A DNA stretch of 45,965 nt from the NCBI GenBank assembly GCA_964442525.1, contig CAYTZO010000001.1:2039-48003 (forward strand), given 5' to 3'. Below, piece after piece: positions 31,863 through 41,409 of the stretch (position 1 is its first letter; every line of letters starts with the position of its first letter). The DNA is from an uncultured Gammaproteobacteria bacterium (lineage in GTDB: Bacteria; Patescibacteriota; Microgenomatia; UBA10105; UBA927). Made by a program: the position numbers and the translations under genes. The notes below the pieces were generated by a model. It had not been told where the DNA came from. It saw only the letters and a list, made by a program, of their open reading frames with translations, and made no database searches.

Positions 31863-32885
31863 TTAGAGAAGTGCAGGCAGGAAAAGCCCTGTCAGGAATA
31901 TAAGTGCTCCAAGAGAAAGCAAGAGTATGGTATTTTCTGTAGTCCCGCTTACGGGTACGGCGCTTTGACTTGCGCTACCGCCTGTTCCACCTGCCACAAC
32001 AAAGGGAACCGTACTTGTCTGCACTTGACCCGTTACGGGATTTGTGGCGCTTGCGAGTACACTGTGGCTGCCTGGATCAAGCGAAGTTGTAGGGGTATAT
32101 GACCAGTTTCCATTGGCATCTGCGACTACCGTCGTGGTAATCGTATTGGATGAGCGAATCACAATCGTTACAGTAGAGCCCGGCGGTGCTTTGCCCTGTA
32201 TGGTTGGCTGGCTGGTTGTAACAGCGCTCGTGGTCGAAGGGGAGGTAATGATGACAGCGGAAGAAGAGGCCTGGGCGCTTTTACTGCTTTCCTTCTGAGA
32301 AAGACTTGCAAGACTTGCCGATTCTGTTGAAGACAGTGTACCTGATTCTGACGCACCCGATGTGCCCGTAATGGTAACTTGGGCAGGAGAAGTTCCCACG
32401 AGGACATTGGTATTTGACTCTCCCAGTCCTCCGACAAACGTGGTTGACGCAAAGCGGACGGATGTGGGTGTGCTCGTTGGCGCAAGCGCCTTAAACCGAA
32501 CAACCGCCGCAGTACCGGTGCCGGTTACCGGTTGCGTCGAGTTGGTTGCACCAACGGAAATCGACGCCGTGCCGCTGTCTACCACGCCTGAAGAGAGAAT
32601 ATTTGGGAAGAGCGCGCCATTGGTAATGCTCTGCGCTTGTAAGAAATTCGGGTCAAAAGCAAGCCGAATTTCTGCCGCGACTACCTGGTTACCGGCAGTG
32701 TCAATTTTAACTTCCAGCGCGAACGTATCGCCGGCATTGACCGTTCCCGATGCCGGGAGGAGCGCCAGGGTGGTTGCCGGGGCTGCTCTCTGGCGGATTT
32801 CCTGCCGTTGGGATACGACGTACACAGTGAGGGGGATTGCAAGAAGAATAAGAAGTCCAACAATAATAAAGACAATTCTTTTCAT
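31863..32885 (-). CDS. Surface protein: signal anchor, cohesin-like domain, Ser-rich linker, Ig-like domain, C-terminal VPVSG + TM sorting-like signal
   Basis: Start at MKRIVFII (cat at 32883-32885). Cohesin-like GTVNAGDTFALEVKID...IRLAFDPNFLQ...AAVVRFKA. Ig-like APPGSTVTIV...ADANGNWSYTPTTSLDPGSHSV. VPVSG is encoded at 31944-31958. Confidence 0.75.
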   Translation of the reverse strand: MKRIVFIIVGLLILLAIPLTVYVVSQRQEIRQRAAPATTLALLPASGTVNAGDTFALEVKIDTAGNQVVAAEIRLAFDPNFLQAQSITNGALFPNILSSGVVDSGTASISVGATNSTQPVTGTGTAAVVRFKALAPTSTPTSVRFASTTFVGGLGESNTNVLVGTSPAQVTITGTSGASESGTLSSTESASLASLSQKESSKSAQASSSAVIITSPSTTSAVTTSQPTIQGKAPPGSTVTIVIRSSNTITTTVVADANGNWSYTPTTSLDPGSHSVLASATNPVTGQVQTSTVPFVVAGGTGGSASQSAVPVSGTTENTILLLSLGALIFLTGLFLPALL

Positions 32886-32956
32886 GCTTCCTCTATTATG
32901 AGAGAGAAGGGATTGGTTTGGCAAGAGCGGTGAATTTTTGTAAACAAAAATAGCCC

Positions 32957-32993
32957 TTGACAAGAATTAGCACTCGATATATATTAGTGCTAA
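32957..32993 (+). promoter_or_regulatory. Promoter TTGACA-N17-TATATT overlapping a CIRCE operator (HrcA site)
   Basis: TTAGCACTC-gatatatat-TAGTGCTAA at 32967-32993 matches TTAGCACTC-N9-GAGTGCTAA with one mismatch. -35 at 32957-32962 and -10 at 32980-32985. Confidence 0.85.
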
Positions 32994-33002
32994 AAGAGCT
33001 AT

Positions 33003-33737
33003 ATGGATCCTACACAGAGCTTAACACAACGCCAAATTACCATCCTCAGGGCAATTATCGAGGAGTACATCAATACCGCTGAGCCGGTTGGGAGCGAAAC
33101 ACTCGAGAAAAAATATGGTCTTGATGTTTCGCCCGCCACGATACGCAACGAAATGGTGCGATTGACGAACCTTGGTCTTCTTAAGCAAGTTCACACATCC
33201 GCAGGCCGCTCACCAACGCCTGTCGCGCTTAAATACTATGTGACCAACCTCATGAAGCCCAAGGATCTCTCTGTGGCAGAAGAGGTTGCGGTCAAGGAAA
33301 AAATCTGGGACTACCGGCAAGAAGTAGATAAGCTTCTGCGGGAAGCGACCAAAACGCTCGCGGAAAAAACCAAAACGTTGGCCCTGACTGCGACGAATGA
33401 AGGAGATCTCTATTATGCGGGCGCGGCAAATATTTTGGAGATGCCGGAGTTTTATGATTATGAGCTTACGAGAAATCTTTTGGAAACACTTGATCGGTTT
33501 GATTTTTGGTGGAACGTCCTGGGGCAACACGAGGATTCGTTTAGTATCATCGTCGGAGAAGACTTGACAAGTCGCGGATTCCTTTCCCAATGCGGATTTA
33601 TCTATAACAAGTTTTCTACTCCTCATGTATCAGGGGCGATCGGTGTCGTGGGCCCGTCTCGTCTTCATTATCAAACGATTATTCCGGTAGTCCGGTATAT
33701 GGGGAATCTCATCAGGGAACTTGCGAGCAGTTGGTAG
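33003..33737 (+). CDS. hrcA: Heat-inducible transcription repressor HrcA (short form, 244 aa)
   Basis: N-terminal winged helix (LTQRQITILRAIIEEYINTAEPVGSETL...SPATIRNEM) and a typical C-terminus (GVVGPSRLHYQ). Confidence 0.85.
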   Translation: MDPTQSLTQRQITILRAIIEEYINTAEPVGSETLEKKYGLDVSPATIRNEMVRLTNLGLLKQVHTSAGRSPTPVALKYYVTNLMKPKDLSVAEEVAVKEKIWDYRQEVDKLLREATKTLAEKTKTLALTATNEGDLYYAGAANILEMPEFYDYELTRNLLETLDRFDFWWNVLGQHEDSFSIIVGEDLTSRGFLSQCGFIYNKFSTPHVSGAIGVVGPSRLHYQTIIPVVRYMGNLIRELASSW

Positions 33738-33780
33738 GAGGAGAGTTTAGAGGCCAGTGTTTAATAAATGCACAAAACAA

Positions 33781-34236
33781 ATGAAGAAACAAGATGATCA
33801 AACAAAACAGAGCGATGAGGTAAAAAAACACATTGAAGAGTGGAAAAATAAATATTTACGGGCTCTTGCGGATTATCAGAATTTAGAGAAGCGGACGACA
33901 GCAGAAAAAGAGGAGACGCGAAGATTTGCGATTGAGGTCTTTTTGCGGCGGCTCCTGCCTGTTGTTGATACACTTACGGCTGCGAGTAATCACATAAAAG
34001 ATCAAGGGCTGGCGTTGGGACTCAAAGAACTTTGGGCAATTCTTTCCGAGTTCGGAGTCACACAGATTGAAACCATCGGCCGTCAGTTTAATCCGCACGA
34101 GATGGAGTGCATCGAGGTCGTTTCGGGAGAAGAGAATAAGGTGATTGAAGAATCGTTGCCCGGATATCGTCTGCACGATAAAATTTTGCGGGTCGCGCAA
34201 GTGAAGGTTGGGAAAGCAATGCCAAACGCTCAGTGA
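33781..34236 (+). CDS. grpE: Nucleotide exchange factor GrpE
   Basis: YLRALADYQNLEKR and later FNPHEMECI...V.KGY-like motifs. ATG at 33781 preferred over the GTG at 33757. Confidence 0.85.
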   Translation: MKKQDDQTKQSDEVKKHIEEWKNKYLRALADYQNLEKRTTAEKEETRRFAIEVFLRRLLPVVDTLTAASNHIKDQGLALGLKELWAILSEFGVTQIETIGRQFNPHEMECIEVVSGEENKVIEESLPGYRLHDKILRVAQVKVGKAMPNAQ

Positions 34237-34272
34237 TAAATGCTTAATTTGATTTTATAAAAGGAGGACTTT

Positions 34273-36174
34273 ATGGCGAAGATAATTGGTATCGATCTTG
34301 GGACGACAAACAGCTGCGTTGCGGTCATGGAAGGCGGAGCGCCGAAGGTTATTCATTCTGCAGAAGGAAGGAATGTAATTCCCTCGGTTGTTGATCCGAT
34401 CAAAAATATCGTCGGTGATGTAGCGAAGCGCCAGATGGTGCTTAATCCAAAGTCTACCATTTTCTCGATTAAGCGGCTTATGGGAAGAAAGTTTAGCGAC
34501 AAGAGCGTCCAGTTTGATTTGCGTTGGCTGCCCTATATGATTAAAAGCGGCAAAAACGATATGGCGGTTGTGGAGGTTGAGGGACGACAATTTACTCCAC
34601 AAGAAATTTCGGCAAAAATCCTATCTAAAATCAAAGCTGATGCTGAGCACTACCTGGGTGAGCCGGTTAAACAGGCGGTTATTACGGTGCCGGCGTACTT
34701 CGATGACAGCCAGCGCCAGGCAACCAAGCAGGCCGGCGAAATCGCGGGGCTTGAGGTTATGCGTATCCTCAATGAACCGACCGCCGCTGCCCTTGCCTAT
34801 GGTCTTGATAAGAAAAATGCTCACACCATTGCCGTCTATGATCTCGGCGGAGGAACGTTTGATATTTCTGTCCTTGAGCTTGGCGAAGGGGTATATGAGG
34901 TAAAAGCTACTAATGGCGATACCCATCTGGGGGGTGACGACTTTGACAAAGTCATTCTTGATTCCCTGGCCGATGAGTTTAAGAAAGAACACGGGGTCGA
35001 TCTCCGAAAAGATCCGCAGGCCCTTCAACGCCTGCGTGATGCGGCAGAAAAAGCCAAGATTGAGCTATCTAGCTCGATGGAGGCGGAAGTTAACCTTCCG
35101 TTTATCACTCAGGGCAAAGAGGGTCCACTTCATCTGGTGACCAAACTCACCCGCGCAAAACTTGAATCTCTCGTCGGAGATCTTATTACGAAATCGATCG
35201 ATCCGGTCAAAAAGTGTCTTGCTGATGCGAAGAAAACAACAAAAGACATCGATGAAGTCGTTCTCGTCGGCGGCATGACCAGGATGCCAAAAGTCATCGA
35301 AGTCGTCAAAAACTTCTTCGGAAAAGACCCAAATAGGTCAGTAAACCCCGATGAAGTTGTGGCAGTCGGCGCTGCAGTGCAGGCAGGAGTCTTAAGTGGT
35401 GACGTCAAAGACGTGGTGCTTTTGGATGTGACACCGCTTACGCTTTCCGTTGAAACGCTCGGCGGCGTCTCGACGCCCATGATAACCAGAAACACCACGG
35501 TACCGACGAGTAAAACCGAAATCTACTCGACGGCGGCAGATAATCAGACGTCGGTCGAGATTAACGTCCTCCAGGGCGAGCGGCCTATGGCATCAGACAA
35601 CAAATCCCTTGGCCGGTTCGTTCTCTCCGGGATTCCTCCCGCGCCGCGGGGCGTGCCGCAGATAGAGGTGACGTTTGATATTGACGCAAGCGGCATCCTT
35701 AACGTCACGGCCAAAGATAAAGCGACCGGGAAAGTCAACACTATTAAAATCACCGGCTCAACCGGGCTTTCCAAAGACGAGGTCGAAAAGATGAAGGCCG
35801 AAGCGCAAGCCCACGCGGCAGAGGATACGGGTAAAAAAGAGCAGATTGAAGCGAGGAACAAAGCCGACAACATGGTCTACGTCGCAGAAAAAACACTCAA
35901 AGACCTGTCTGCGCAGGCAGGCGCCGGCGATAAGGTCAAAGCTGAGGATAAGAGCGCGGTTGAAGAAAAAGTGAAAGCGCTTAAGGACATCCTTGCCACA
36001 GGAAGCAAAGAAGATCTTGAAAAAGCGACAAGCGAACTCTCTGACGCTGTCCAAAAAATCGGCGCGAGCATGTATCAGGGTCAGCAACCTCAAGGACAAC
36101 CCGGTGAACAAGCTCAACCAGAGGAAAAGCCGAAGAGCGAAGAGAAAGTGGAAGAAGGGAAAGTAGTTAGTTAA
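34273..36174 (+). CDS. dnaK: Chaperone DnaK (Hsp70)
   Basis: AAGGAGG Shine-Dalgarno. [18 protein letters not shown] and [10 protein letters not shown] motifs. 633 aa. Confidence 0.95.
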   Translation: MAKIIGIDLGTTNSCVAVMEGGAPKVIHSAEGRNVIPSVVDPIKNIVGDVAKRQMVLNPKSTIFSIKRLMGRKFSDKSVQFDLRWLPYMIKSGKNDMAVVEVEGRQFTPQEISAKILSKIKADAEHYLGEPVKQAVITVPAYFDDSQRQATKQAGEIAGLEVMRILNEPTAAALAYGLDKKNAHTIAVYDLGGGTFDISVLELGEGVYEVKATNGDTHLGGDDFDKVILDSLADEFKKEHGVDLRKDPQALQRLRDAAEKAKIELSSSMEAEVNLPFITQGKEGPLHLVTKLTRAKLESLVGDLITKSIDPVKKCLADAKKTTKDIDEVVLVGGMTRMPKVIEVVKNFFGKDPNRSVNPDEVVAVGAAVQAGVLSGDVKDVVLLDVTPLTLSVETLGGVSTPMITRNTTVPTSKTEIYSTAADNQTSVEINVLQGERPMASDNKSLGRFVLSGIPPAPRGVPQIEVTFDIDASGILNVTAKDKATGKVNTIKITGSTGLSKDEVEKMKAEAQAHAAEDTGKKEQIEARNKADNMVYVAEKTLKDLSAQAGAGDKVKAEDKSAVEEKVKALKDILATGSKEDLEKATSELSDAVQKIGASMYQGQQPQGQPGEQAQPEEKPKSEEKVEEGKVVS

Positions 36175-36180
36175 CAGCAA

Positions 36181-36304
36181 GGCGCCGAGGTCGGCAGTCG
36201 TAGTTCTCGCACCGTCAAGGTCCATATCGCTACTCCTCGATAGTGTTGGTGTAGCCAAGGCCGTGACGGTGCTTCGAAACGACATGCCTCCCCGCGCCCT
36301 TTTC
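36181..36304 (+). other. Long GC-rich irregular hairpin followed by CTTTTC; candidate dnaK terminator or processing element, or a small structured RNA
   Basis: Hand folding gives a closing stem GGCGC (36181-36185)/GCGCC (36294-36298), an inner 9-bp stem GCACCGTCA (36209-36217)/TGACGGTGC (36264-36272), 4 more bp at 36219-36222/36259-36262, and an apical TATCG-ctactcct-CGATA hairpin. It is clearly GC-richer than the flanking sequence. Confidence 0.35.
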
Positions 36305-36323
36305 GTAGTATAGTAAATAGCGT

Positions 36324-37211
36324 ATGGCGGCAAAAAGAGATTATTACGAGATTTTAGGGGTTTCAAAATCTGCATCACTTGATGAGATCAAGAAGGCTTA
36401 TCGAAAGCTCGCACTTGAGTGGCATCCGGACCGCAATAAATCTCCCCAGGCGAACGAGAAGTTTAAAGAAATTAACGAAGCGTATGCCGTGCTTTCCGAC
36501 TCAAACAAGCGTTCGACCTATGACCAGTTTGGTCACAGCGCTTTCCAACCGGGTATGGGCGGAGCACCCGGCCAAGGTCCGTTTGGCGGAGGAGCTTACC
36601 GGCAAGGGCCATTCACCTATACCTATTACACGTCAGGAGATGGCGGAGGATTTCCCTTCGGTGCGGAAGGGTTTGACCCGTTTGATATTTTTGAGCAGTT
36701 TTTCGGCGGCGGGTTTGGGAGGGCAGGCGGTCGAACCCGACATGAGACGTATCAGATAACGGTCGATTTCATGGAAGCGATGAGAGGAGCGACGAAGGAA
36801 GTGCATCTTCCTCGGGGTCAAGCCGGCGAGGGATCGGTACGAAAAACCATTAAGATCCCCGCAGGTGTTGATACAGGATCAAGAATTCGCTTTGACGACT
36901 TCGATATTGTTATCGAAGTTCGTCCGGACCGGCACTTTCAGCGGCAAGGCGATGACCTCGTCATCGAACACGAAATTCCGTTTTCTTTGGCCGCTCTCGG
37001 CGGTACGATTGAAGTTCCCACAATTGATGGAGAAGTAAAACTTCGTGTCCAGCCCGGAACTCAGCCGGGAACCCTTATTCGTCTTCGCGGTAAAGGCGCG
37101 CCTCATGTGCGCGGCACCGGCCGTGGAGACGAATATGTGCGGATTCAGCTTCGAATTCCTACACACTTAAGTAAAAGACAGAAGGAATTGTTGCAAGAGC
37201 TTGATGTCTAA
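36324..37211 (+). CDS. dnaJ: J-domain co-chaperone DnaJ, class B/CbpA-like (no zinc-finger domain)
   Basis: DYYEILGV...HPDRN J-domain and a G/F-rich region. The C-terminal substrate-binding domains are present, but the protein contains no cysteine at all. Confidence 0.85.
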   Translation: MAAKRDYYEILGVSKSASLDEIKKAYRKLALEWHPDRNKSPQANEKFKEINEAYAVLSDSNKRSTYDQFGHSAFQPGMGGAPGQGPFGGGAYRQGPFTYTYYTSGDGGGFPFGAEGFDPFDIFEQFFGGGFGRAGGRTRHETYQITVDFMEAMRGATKEVHLPRGQAGEGSVRKTIKIPAGVDTGSRIRFDDFDIVIEVRPDRHFQRQGDDLVIEHEIPFSLAALGGTIEVPTIDGEVKLRVQPGTQPGTLIRLRGKGAPHVRGTGRGDEYVRIQLRIPTHLSKRQKELLQELDV

Positions 37212-37237
37212 TATATAATAAGGTTTGTTATACGAGG

Positions 37238-37264
37238 AAAAGGTGGGATATGCCCGCCTTTTTT
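37238..37264 (+). terminator. Rho-independent terminator after dnaJ
   Basis: aaaaGGTGGG-atatg-CCCGCC-tttttt: a 6-bp GC-rich stem (one GU), a T6 tail, and an upstream A-tract that may make it bidirectional. Confidence 0.7.
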
Positions 37265-37308
37265 ATTAAGAAGCGATAAGCGAAGTGTGATAAGCGATAC
37301 GCAAAAAC

Positions 37309-38427
37309 ATGCCTGCAGTAGTTCGAAGCGAATTTGCATTAGCACTCAACCAGGTAGCCACCGAGCGCGGCATTGATCCTACCGTGGTTCTCGAAACGAT
37401 TAAAGCCGCGATTCTGGCCGCCTATCGCAAGGATTACGGTGCTGCGGAACTGGAAACTCTTACGGTTGAGCTCAATCCCGATAGCGGTGAGGCGAAAATT
37501 TTTAAAGACGGCAAAGATATTACTCCTCCCGGCTTTGGCCGCATTGCCGCCCAAACCGCCAAACAAGTGATCCTCCAGCGTATCCGCGAAGCGGAAAAAC
37601 AGGCAGTTTTAGTTGATTATCAGGCAAAAGTTGGGACGATCACGAACGGCATGGTGCTTCGTTTTGACGGACCGACCGTCATTGTCGAGATCGGCCGGGC
37701 ACAGGCTGTCATGCCACCCCCGGAACAGAATCCAGCAGAACGGTATCACCTCAACCAACGTCTGACGTTTTATATTGAGGGAATTCATGAGTCCATGCGG
37801 GGGAGTGAGATCATCGTTTCCCGCAGCCACAGAGGGCTTATAGAAGGGTTATTTAAGCGTGAGGTGCCGGAGGTCGCGCAGGGTGCGGTGGAGCTTCGGG
37901 AGATTGCGCGCGAGGCAGGAGGTCGGACGAAAGTAGCGGTGTTTTCAAATCAACCCGGTGTGGATCCGGTCGGCTCCTGTGTCGGGCAAAAGGGTGTCCG
38001 TGTTCAGGCGGTTATTAGCGAGCTCGGAGGGAACGAAAAGGTCGATATTATTCAGTGGAGCGATGATGCCAAGCAGCTTATTGTCGCGGCGCTCGCTCCT
38101 GCGAAAGATTTAGAAGTCATCCTTAACGAAAAGAAAAAATCGGCAGAAGTGCTTGCTCCTGAAGATCAATTGTCTTTAGCAATCGGCCGTGACGGACAGA
38201 ACGTGCGTTTAGCAGCTAAGCTTACGGGCTGGAAGATAGATATCCGCGGTAAAGGTGGGGCACAAGCCAAACCTGAAGAGAAGGGAACAAGCGAGAAGAA
38301 AGAAGAAAAAGCAGTTTCAGAGACGCAGGCCATCGCGCAACCAATTCCTTCCTCAGCGATTCAACCGGAACCAATGAAGAAAGAAAAATCAGTCCCAGCA
38401 ACGTCTCAAGAAAAACCAAAAGGTTAA
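37309..38427 (+). CDS. nusA: Transcription termination/antitermination factor NusA
   Basis: N-terminal domain, S1 and two KH motifs (GVDPVGSCVGQKGVRVQ, LAIGRDGQNVRLA). K/E-rich tail with no AR1/AR2 repeats. Confidence 0.9.
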   Translation: MPAVVRSEFALALNQVATERGIDPTVVLETIKAAILAAYRKDYGAAELETLTVELNPDSGEAKIFKDGKDITPPGFGRIAAQTAKQVILQRIREAEKQAVLVDYQAKVGTITNGMVLRFDGPTVIVEIGRAQAVMPPPEQNPAERYHLNQRLTFYIEGIHESMRGSEIIVSRSHRGLIEGLFKREVPEVAQGAVELREIAREAGGRTKVAVFSNQPGVDPVGSCVGQKGVRVQAVISELGGNEKVDIIQWSDDAKQLIVAALAPAKDLEVILNEKKKSAEVLAPEDQLSLAIGRDGQNVRLAAKLTGWKIDIRGKGGAQAKPEEKGTSEKKEEKAVSETQAIAQPIPSSAIQPEPMKKEKSVPATSQEKPKG

Positions 38428-38460
38428 GTATGAGACTGCGCTTTCTCACTACCAAACAAT

Positions 38461-39966
38461 ATGACCAAACACGCAAAAGGACAGACAGTTTCTTCTCCCC
38501 GGCCCGCCTACGCCAAGGCTTCGGCAGGTAAACCGCCTGTAGTTGCGGTACTGGGTCACGTGGATCACGGCAAAACTACACTCCTTGATGCCATACGAAA
38601 AACCAATGTTGCAGGAGGCGAACACGGGGGCATTACCCAGCACATTGGTGCTTATCAAATTACCTTCAAAAATCGCCTGATTACCTTTATCGATACGCCC
38701 GGTCACGAGGCATTTGCCAAAATGCGGTCCCGCGGCGCCGGGATAGCGGATATTGCCATCCTCGTTGTTTCTGCGGACGATAGCGTACAGCCCCAGACGA
38801 TTGAATCGATTGGTCAAATTAACGCCGCGGGCATTCCCATGATTGTTGCCGTAAATAAAATTGACCTTCCCAGTGCAAACATTAGCAAGGTGAAGCAGGA
38901 TCTTGCCAAAGCAGGGGTGCAACTAGAAGGGTTTGGCGGCGATGTACCGGCGGCACTCGTGAGCGCAAAGCAAGGAAAGGGCATACCAGAACTACTGGAT
39001 CTTATTCTTTTGGTTGGGGATATGAAGGGACTTCCCAGTGAGCTTAGGGGAAACCTCGAAGTCGGCGTTATCGAGACGAAAGTAGATAAAGGCCGCGGAA
39101 TGGTGGCAACGGTATTGGTAAAAAAAGGAATGCTCTCTATTGGTTCAACTCTTTATGAAGGGACGATTCAGGTCTGTAAGGTTCGGGCAATGATAAGTGA
39201 CACGGGTTCCCGGCTTACCGCCGTAACTCCAGGAACGCCTGCGGAGGTTCTGGGATTTTCCAAGCTTCCGGAGGTTGGGGCAATTCTTGGTAGCGTCCCT
39301 GTTCAGGTACAAAAAATAGCTCCGGAACAAGTAAAAGAACAAAAAGATATGGTCGCTGATTTTCTCTCCAGTATGGAAGAGGCGGAAAAGAAGAAATTGA
39401 AGATAATTCTCAAGGCAGACACGGCGGGTTCCCTTGAGGCTATTATGGAGGCGCTTCCGAAGGATCAGGTTATTGTTGTGCAAAAGGGGCTTGGCGACAT
39501 CACCGAGGCGGACATTTTAGACGCAAAAGCTTCTCAAGCGCTTATTATTGGCTTTAACGTTAAGGCAAGCTCTTCGATAGAAATGCTCGCACGAACGGAA
39601 AAAGTGGTATTTCGGGTATACACCATAATTTATGAACTTCTCAAAGAAATTGGTGATGTCGTGAGCGGGCTTGAAGAAGTGCTTTCACCCGAACGGGAGC
39701 TGGGGAAGGGGCAGATTATCGCTGAGTTTCCCTACGAACATACCCGCATTGCCGGAACCAAAATCCTTTCAGGAAGGCTTGCTCGGGGAGACACGGCAAA
39801 AATCATGCGGGGAGAAACGGAAATTGCCAGAGCCAAGATTAAGTCTATGCGCCGGGGCAAAGAAGAGGTAAATAAGGTAGAAGCTGGGACAGAATGCGGT
39901 ATTCTTTTTGACCGAAAAGTTGACTTTAGCGTTTCTGATGCTATAATCGCCGTGACCAATGTATAA
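38461..39966 (+). CDS. infB: Translation initiation factor IF-2 (short form lacking the long N-terminal region)
   Basis: VVAVLGHVDHGKTTLLD, DTPGHEAF and NKID G-domain motifs, followed by IF-2 domains II-IV. 501 aa. Confidence 0.9.
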   Translation: MTKHAKGQTVSSPRPAYAKASAGKPPVVAVLGHVDHGKTTLLDAIRKTNVAGGEHGGITQHIGAYQITFKNRLITFIDTPGHEAFAKMRSRGAGIADIAILVVSADDSVQPQTIESIGQINAAGIPMIVAVNKIDLPSANISKVKQDLAKAGVQLEGFGGDVPAALVSAKQGKGIPELLDLILLVGDMKGLPSELRGNLEVGVIETKVDKGRGMVATVLVKKGMLSIGSTLYEGTIQVCKVRAMISDTGSRLTAVTPGTPAEVLGFSKLPEVGAILGSVPVQVQKIAPEQVKEQKDMVADFLSSMEEAEKKKLKIILKADTAGSLEAIMEALPKDQVIVVQKGLGDITEADILDAKASQALIIGFNVKASSSIEMLARTEKVVFRVYTIIYELLKEIGDVVSGLEEVLSPERELGKGQIIAEFPYEHTRIAGTKILSGRLARGDTAKIMRGETEIARAKIKSMRRGKEEVNKVEAGTECGILFDRKVDFSVSDAIIAVTNV

Positions 39967-39977
39967 TTATAGGATAT

Positions 39978-40892
39978 ATGGATTTTACTGCTGAGTTTAC
40001 CAAGATTAAGGAGCTTCTTGATAAAAGCACGGAAGTGCTTGTTGTGACGCATGGGCGGCCGACGTTTGACAGCGTCGGGAGCTCGCTTGCAATAAGCCTC
40101 GGTCTTATTGGGCTTGGTAAAAGGGTTGTAGTAGCCTGTCCGGACCAGATGACCGTTGACCTGTCGAGCTTTGTCGGCGTGAACAAGATTGTGGATGACC
40201 TTGCAAAGAAGAACTTTATTATTTCTCTTGATTATATCGACGGCTCTATCGAAAAAGTCAGCTACAACATTGAGGGCAATAAATTTAATCTCGTCATCGA
40301 ACCCCGACCGGGTTTTGAGCCATTTTCCCCGGACAAAGTGCACTATTCCTATGGGGGCGGCAATAGCGATTTCATCATTGCCGTTGATACGATCCAACTC
40401 GGAGGTCTTGGCGCCCTTTATGAAAGCAATAAGGAACTCTTTGGTAGTCGGCCGGTGGTAAACATTGATCACCACCCAAATAATACGCAGTACGGGCAAC
40501 AGAACATCGTTGACCCGCAAGCTTCCTCGACGGCAGAGCTTACCGCACAATTTCTTTCCTATCTTGGCGTGGCGCTTACGACGGATATCGCAACGAACCT
40601 CTTCAATGCGCTTTATGGCGCGACCGATAATTTCACCAGTTCCAGCGTCAGCCCAGCGGCGTTTGAGGTCGCGGCCGTTTGCGCCAGAGCCGGAGCAAAA
40701 CGGTTTACGAAAACCGTTGATCACGAAGAAGTTCCAGCTCTGGAGGTAGCGCGGGATGCGGGATCCCGGCCGGCTCCAAAAGCGGCAAAAACACCCGCTC
40801 CGCTTCCGCAGCAGTCCACGCAAACAAGCGCAGGACAAGCTCCGGCCGACTGGCTCAAACCGAAGATCTTCAAAAGCTCAAACCTGATTTAA
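39978..40892 (+). CDS. DHH-family (NrnA-like) protein with degenerate motif I and no DHHA1 domain
   Basis: THGRPTFDSVGSS replaces the usual H..PDGD..GS motif. IAVDT, NIDHH and GATDNF are present. The C-terminus is a Pro/Ala/Gln-rich low-complexity tail with no GGGH motif. Confidence 0.7.
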   Translation: MDFTAEFTKIKELLDKSTEVLVVTHGRPTFDSVGSSLAISLGLIGLGKRVVVACPDQMTVDLSSFVGVNKIVDDLAKKNFIISLDYIDGSIEKVSYNIEGNKFNLVIEPRPGFEPFSPDKVHYSYGGGNSDFIIAVDTIQLGGLGALYESNKELFGSRPVVNIDHHPNNTQYGQQNIVDPQASSTAELTAQFLSYLGVALTTDIATNLFNALYGATDNFTSSSVSPAAFEVAAVCARAGAKRFTKTVDHEEVPALEVARDAGSRPAPKAAKTPAPLPQQSTQTSAGQAPADWLKPKIFKSSNLI

Positions 40893-40897
40893 CTACT

Positions 40898-41386
40898 ATG
40901 CCAGCGAGAGTTGAAGTTAATTGGAGAGCATCAAAAGAGCCATTGGCTCGATTCGTTCGGCTCCTCTATGATCGAGATTCTTCAGGAAGCCAGAGAGAGA
41001 GTTTCTACAAGGAAATTCCTCCTGGCGGCATTCCTCTAGATGGATTATTGTACGACTTGGGTCACAGTGGCCGAGGATTTGATGAATTTCCTTATATCGT
41101 AACTTTAGATGCTTCTCAATCACGGGAAATAACATTGCCTTACGCCGAAGATAAAGGCTTAGAGGTAGATATGAAGGTCGCGGATTTAATAAAACAGCTG
41201 AAAAGTCAGATAGAAGATTTTGTCATGCAGCACCCGTATGCGCAATCAAATCCCGAACCATATGTAACCACTATGAAAACACTTGACGTTTTAGCCAAAC
41301 GCGCTGACGATCAGAAGGTAAAAATTATCTTTGGTACTGATTTTCAACATAATCGAGTAATAGAATCACTAACATTACACCACTAA
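40898..41386 (+). CDS. Hypothetical 162-aa protein, no recognisable family
   Basis: ORF starts 5 nt after the DHH stop. The local sequence is visibly AT-richer than the flanks. Confidence 0.5.
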   Translation: MPARVEVNWRASKEPLARFVRLLYDRDSSGSQRESFYKEIPPGGIPLDGLLYDLGHSGRGFDEFPYIVTLDASQSREITLPYAEDKGLEVDMKVADLIKQLKSQIEDFVMQHPYAQSNPEPYVTTMKTLDVLAKRADDQKVKIIFGTDFQHNRVIESLTLHH

Positions 41387-41409
41387 GCATTGTGCTATAA
41401 TTTAAATGT

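Noticed and set aside
36209-36272. Identity of the dnaK-dnaJ hairpin as SRP (4.5S) RNA. The strands GUCAAGGUCC and AGCCAAGGCCGUGACGGUG resemble E. coli 4.5S domain IV as I remember it.
   Set aside because: The universally conserved GGAA tetraloop and the GGAAGCAGC strand are missing, replaced by a 24-nt insert. The resemblance is to a non-conserved part of the E. coli sequence. Only a covariance-model search (RF00169) could revive the idea.
35758-36378. 206-aa minus-strand ORF spanning the dnaK 3' end, the spacer and the dnaJ 5' end
   Set aside because: It overlaps two certain genes in antisense and has no motifs.
39732-40838. 368-aa minus-strand ORF opposite the infB 3' end and the DHH gene
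   Set aside because: It is antisense shadow ORF spanning two well-supported plus-strand genes. The product is Arg/Cys-rich nonsense.
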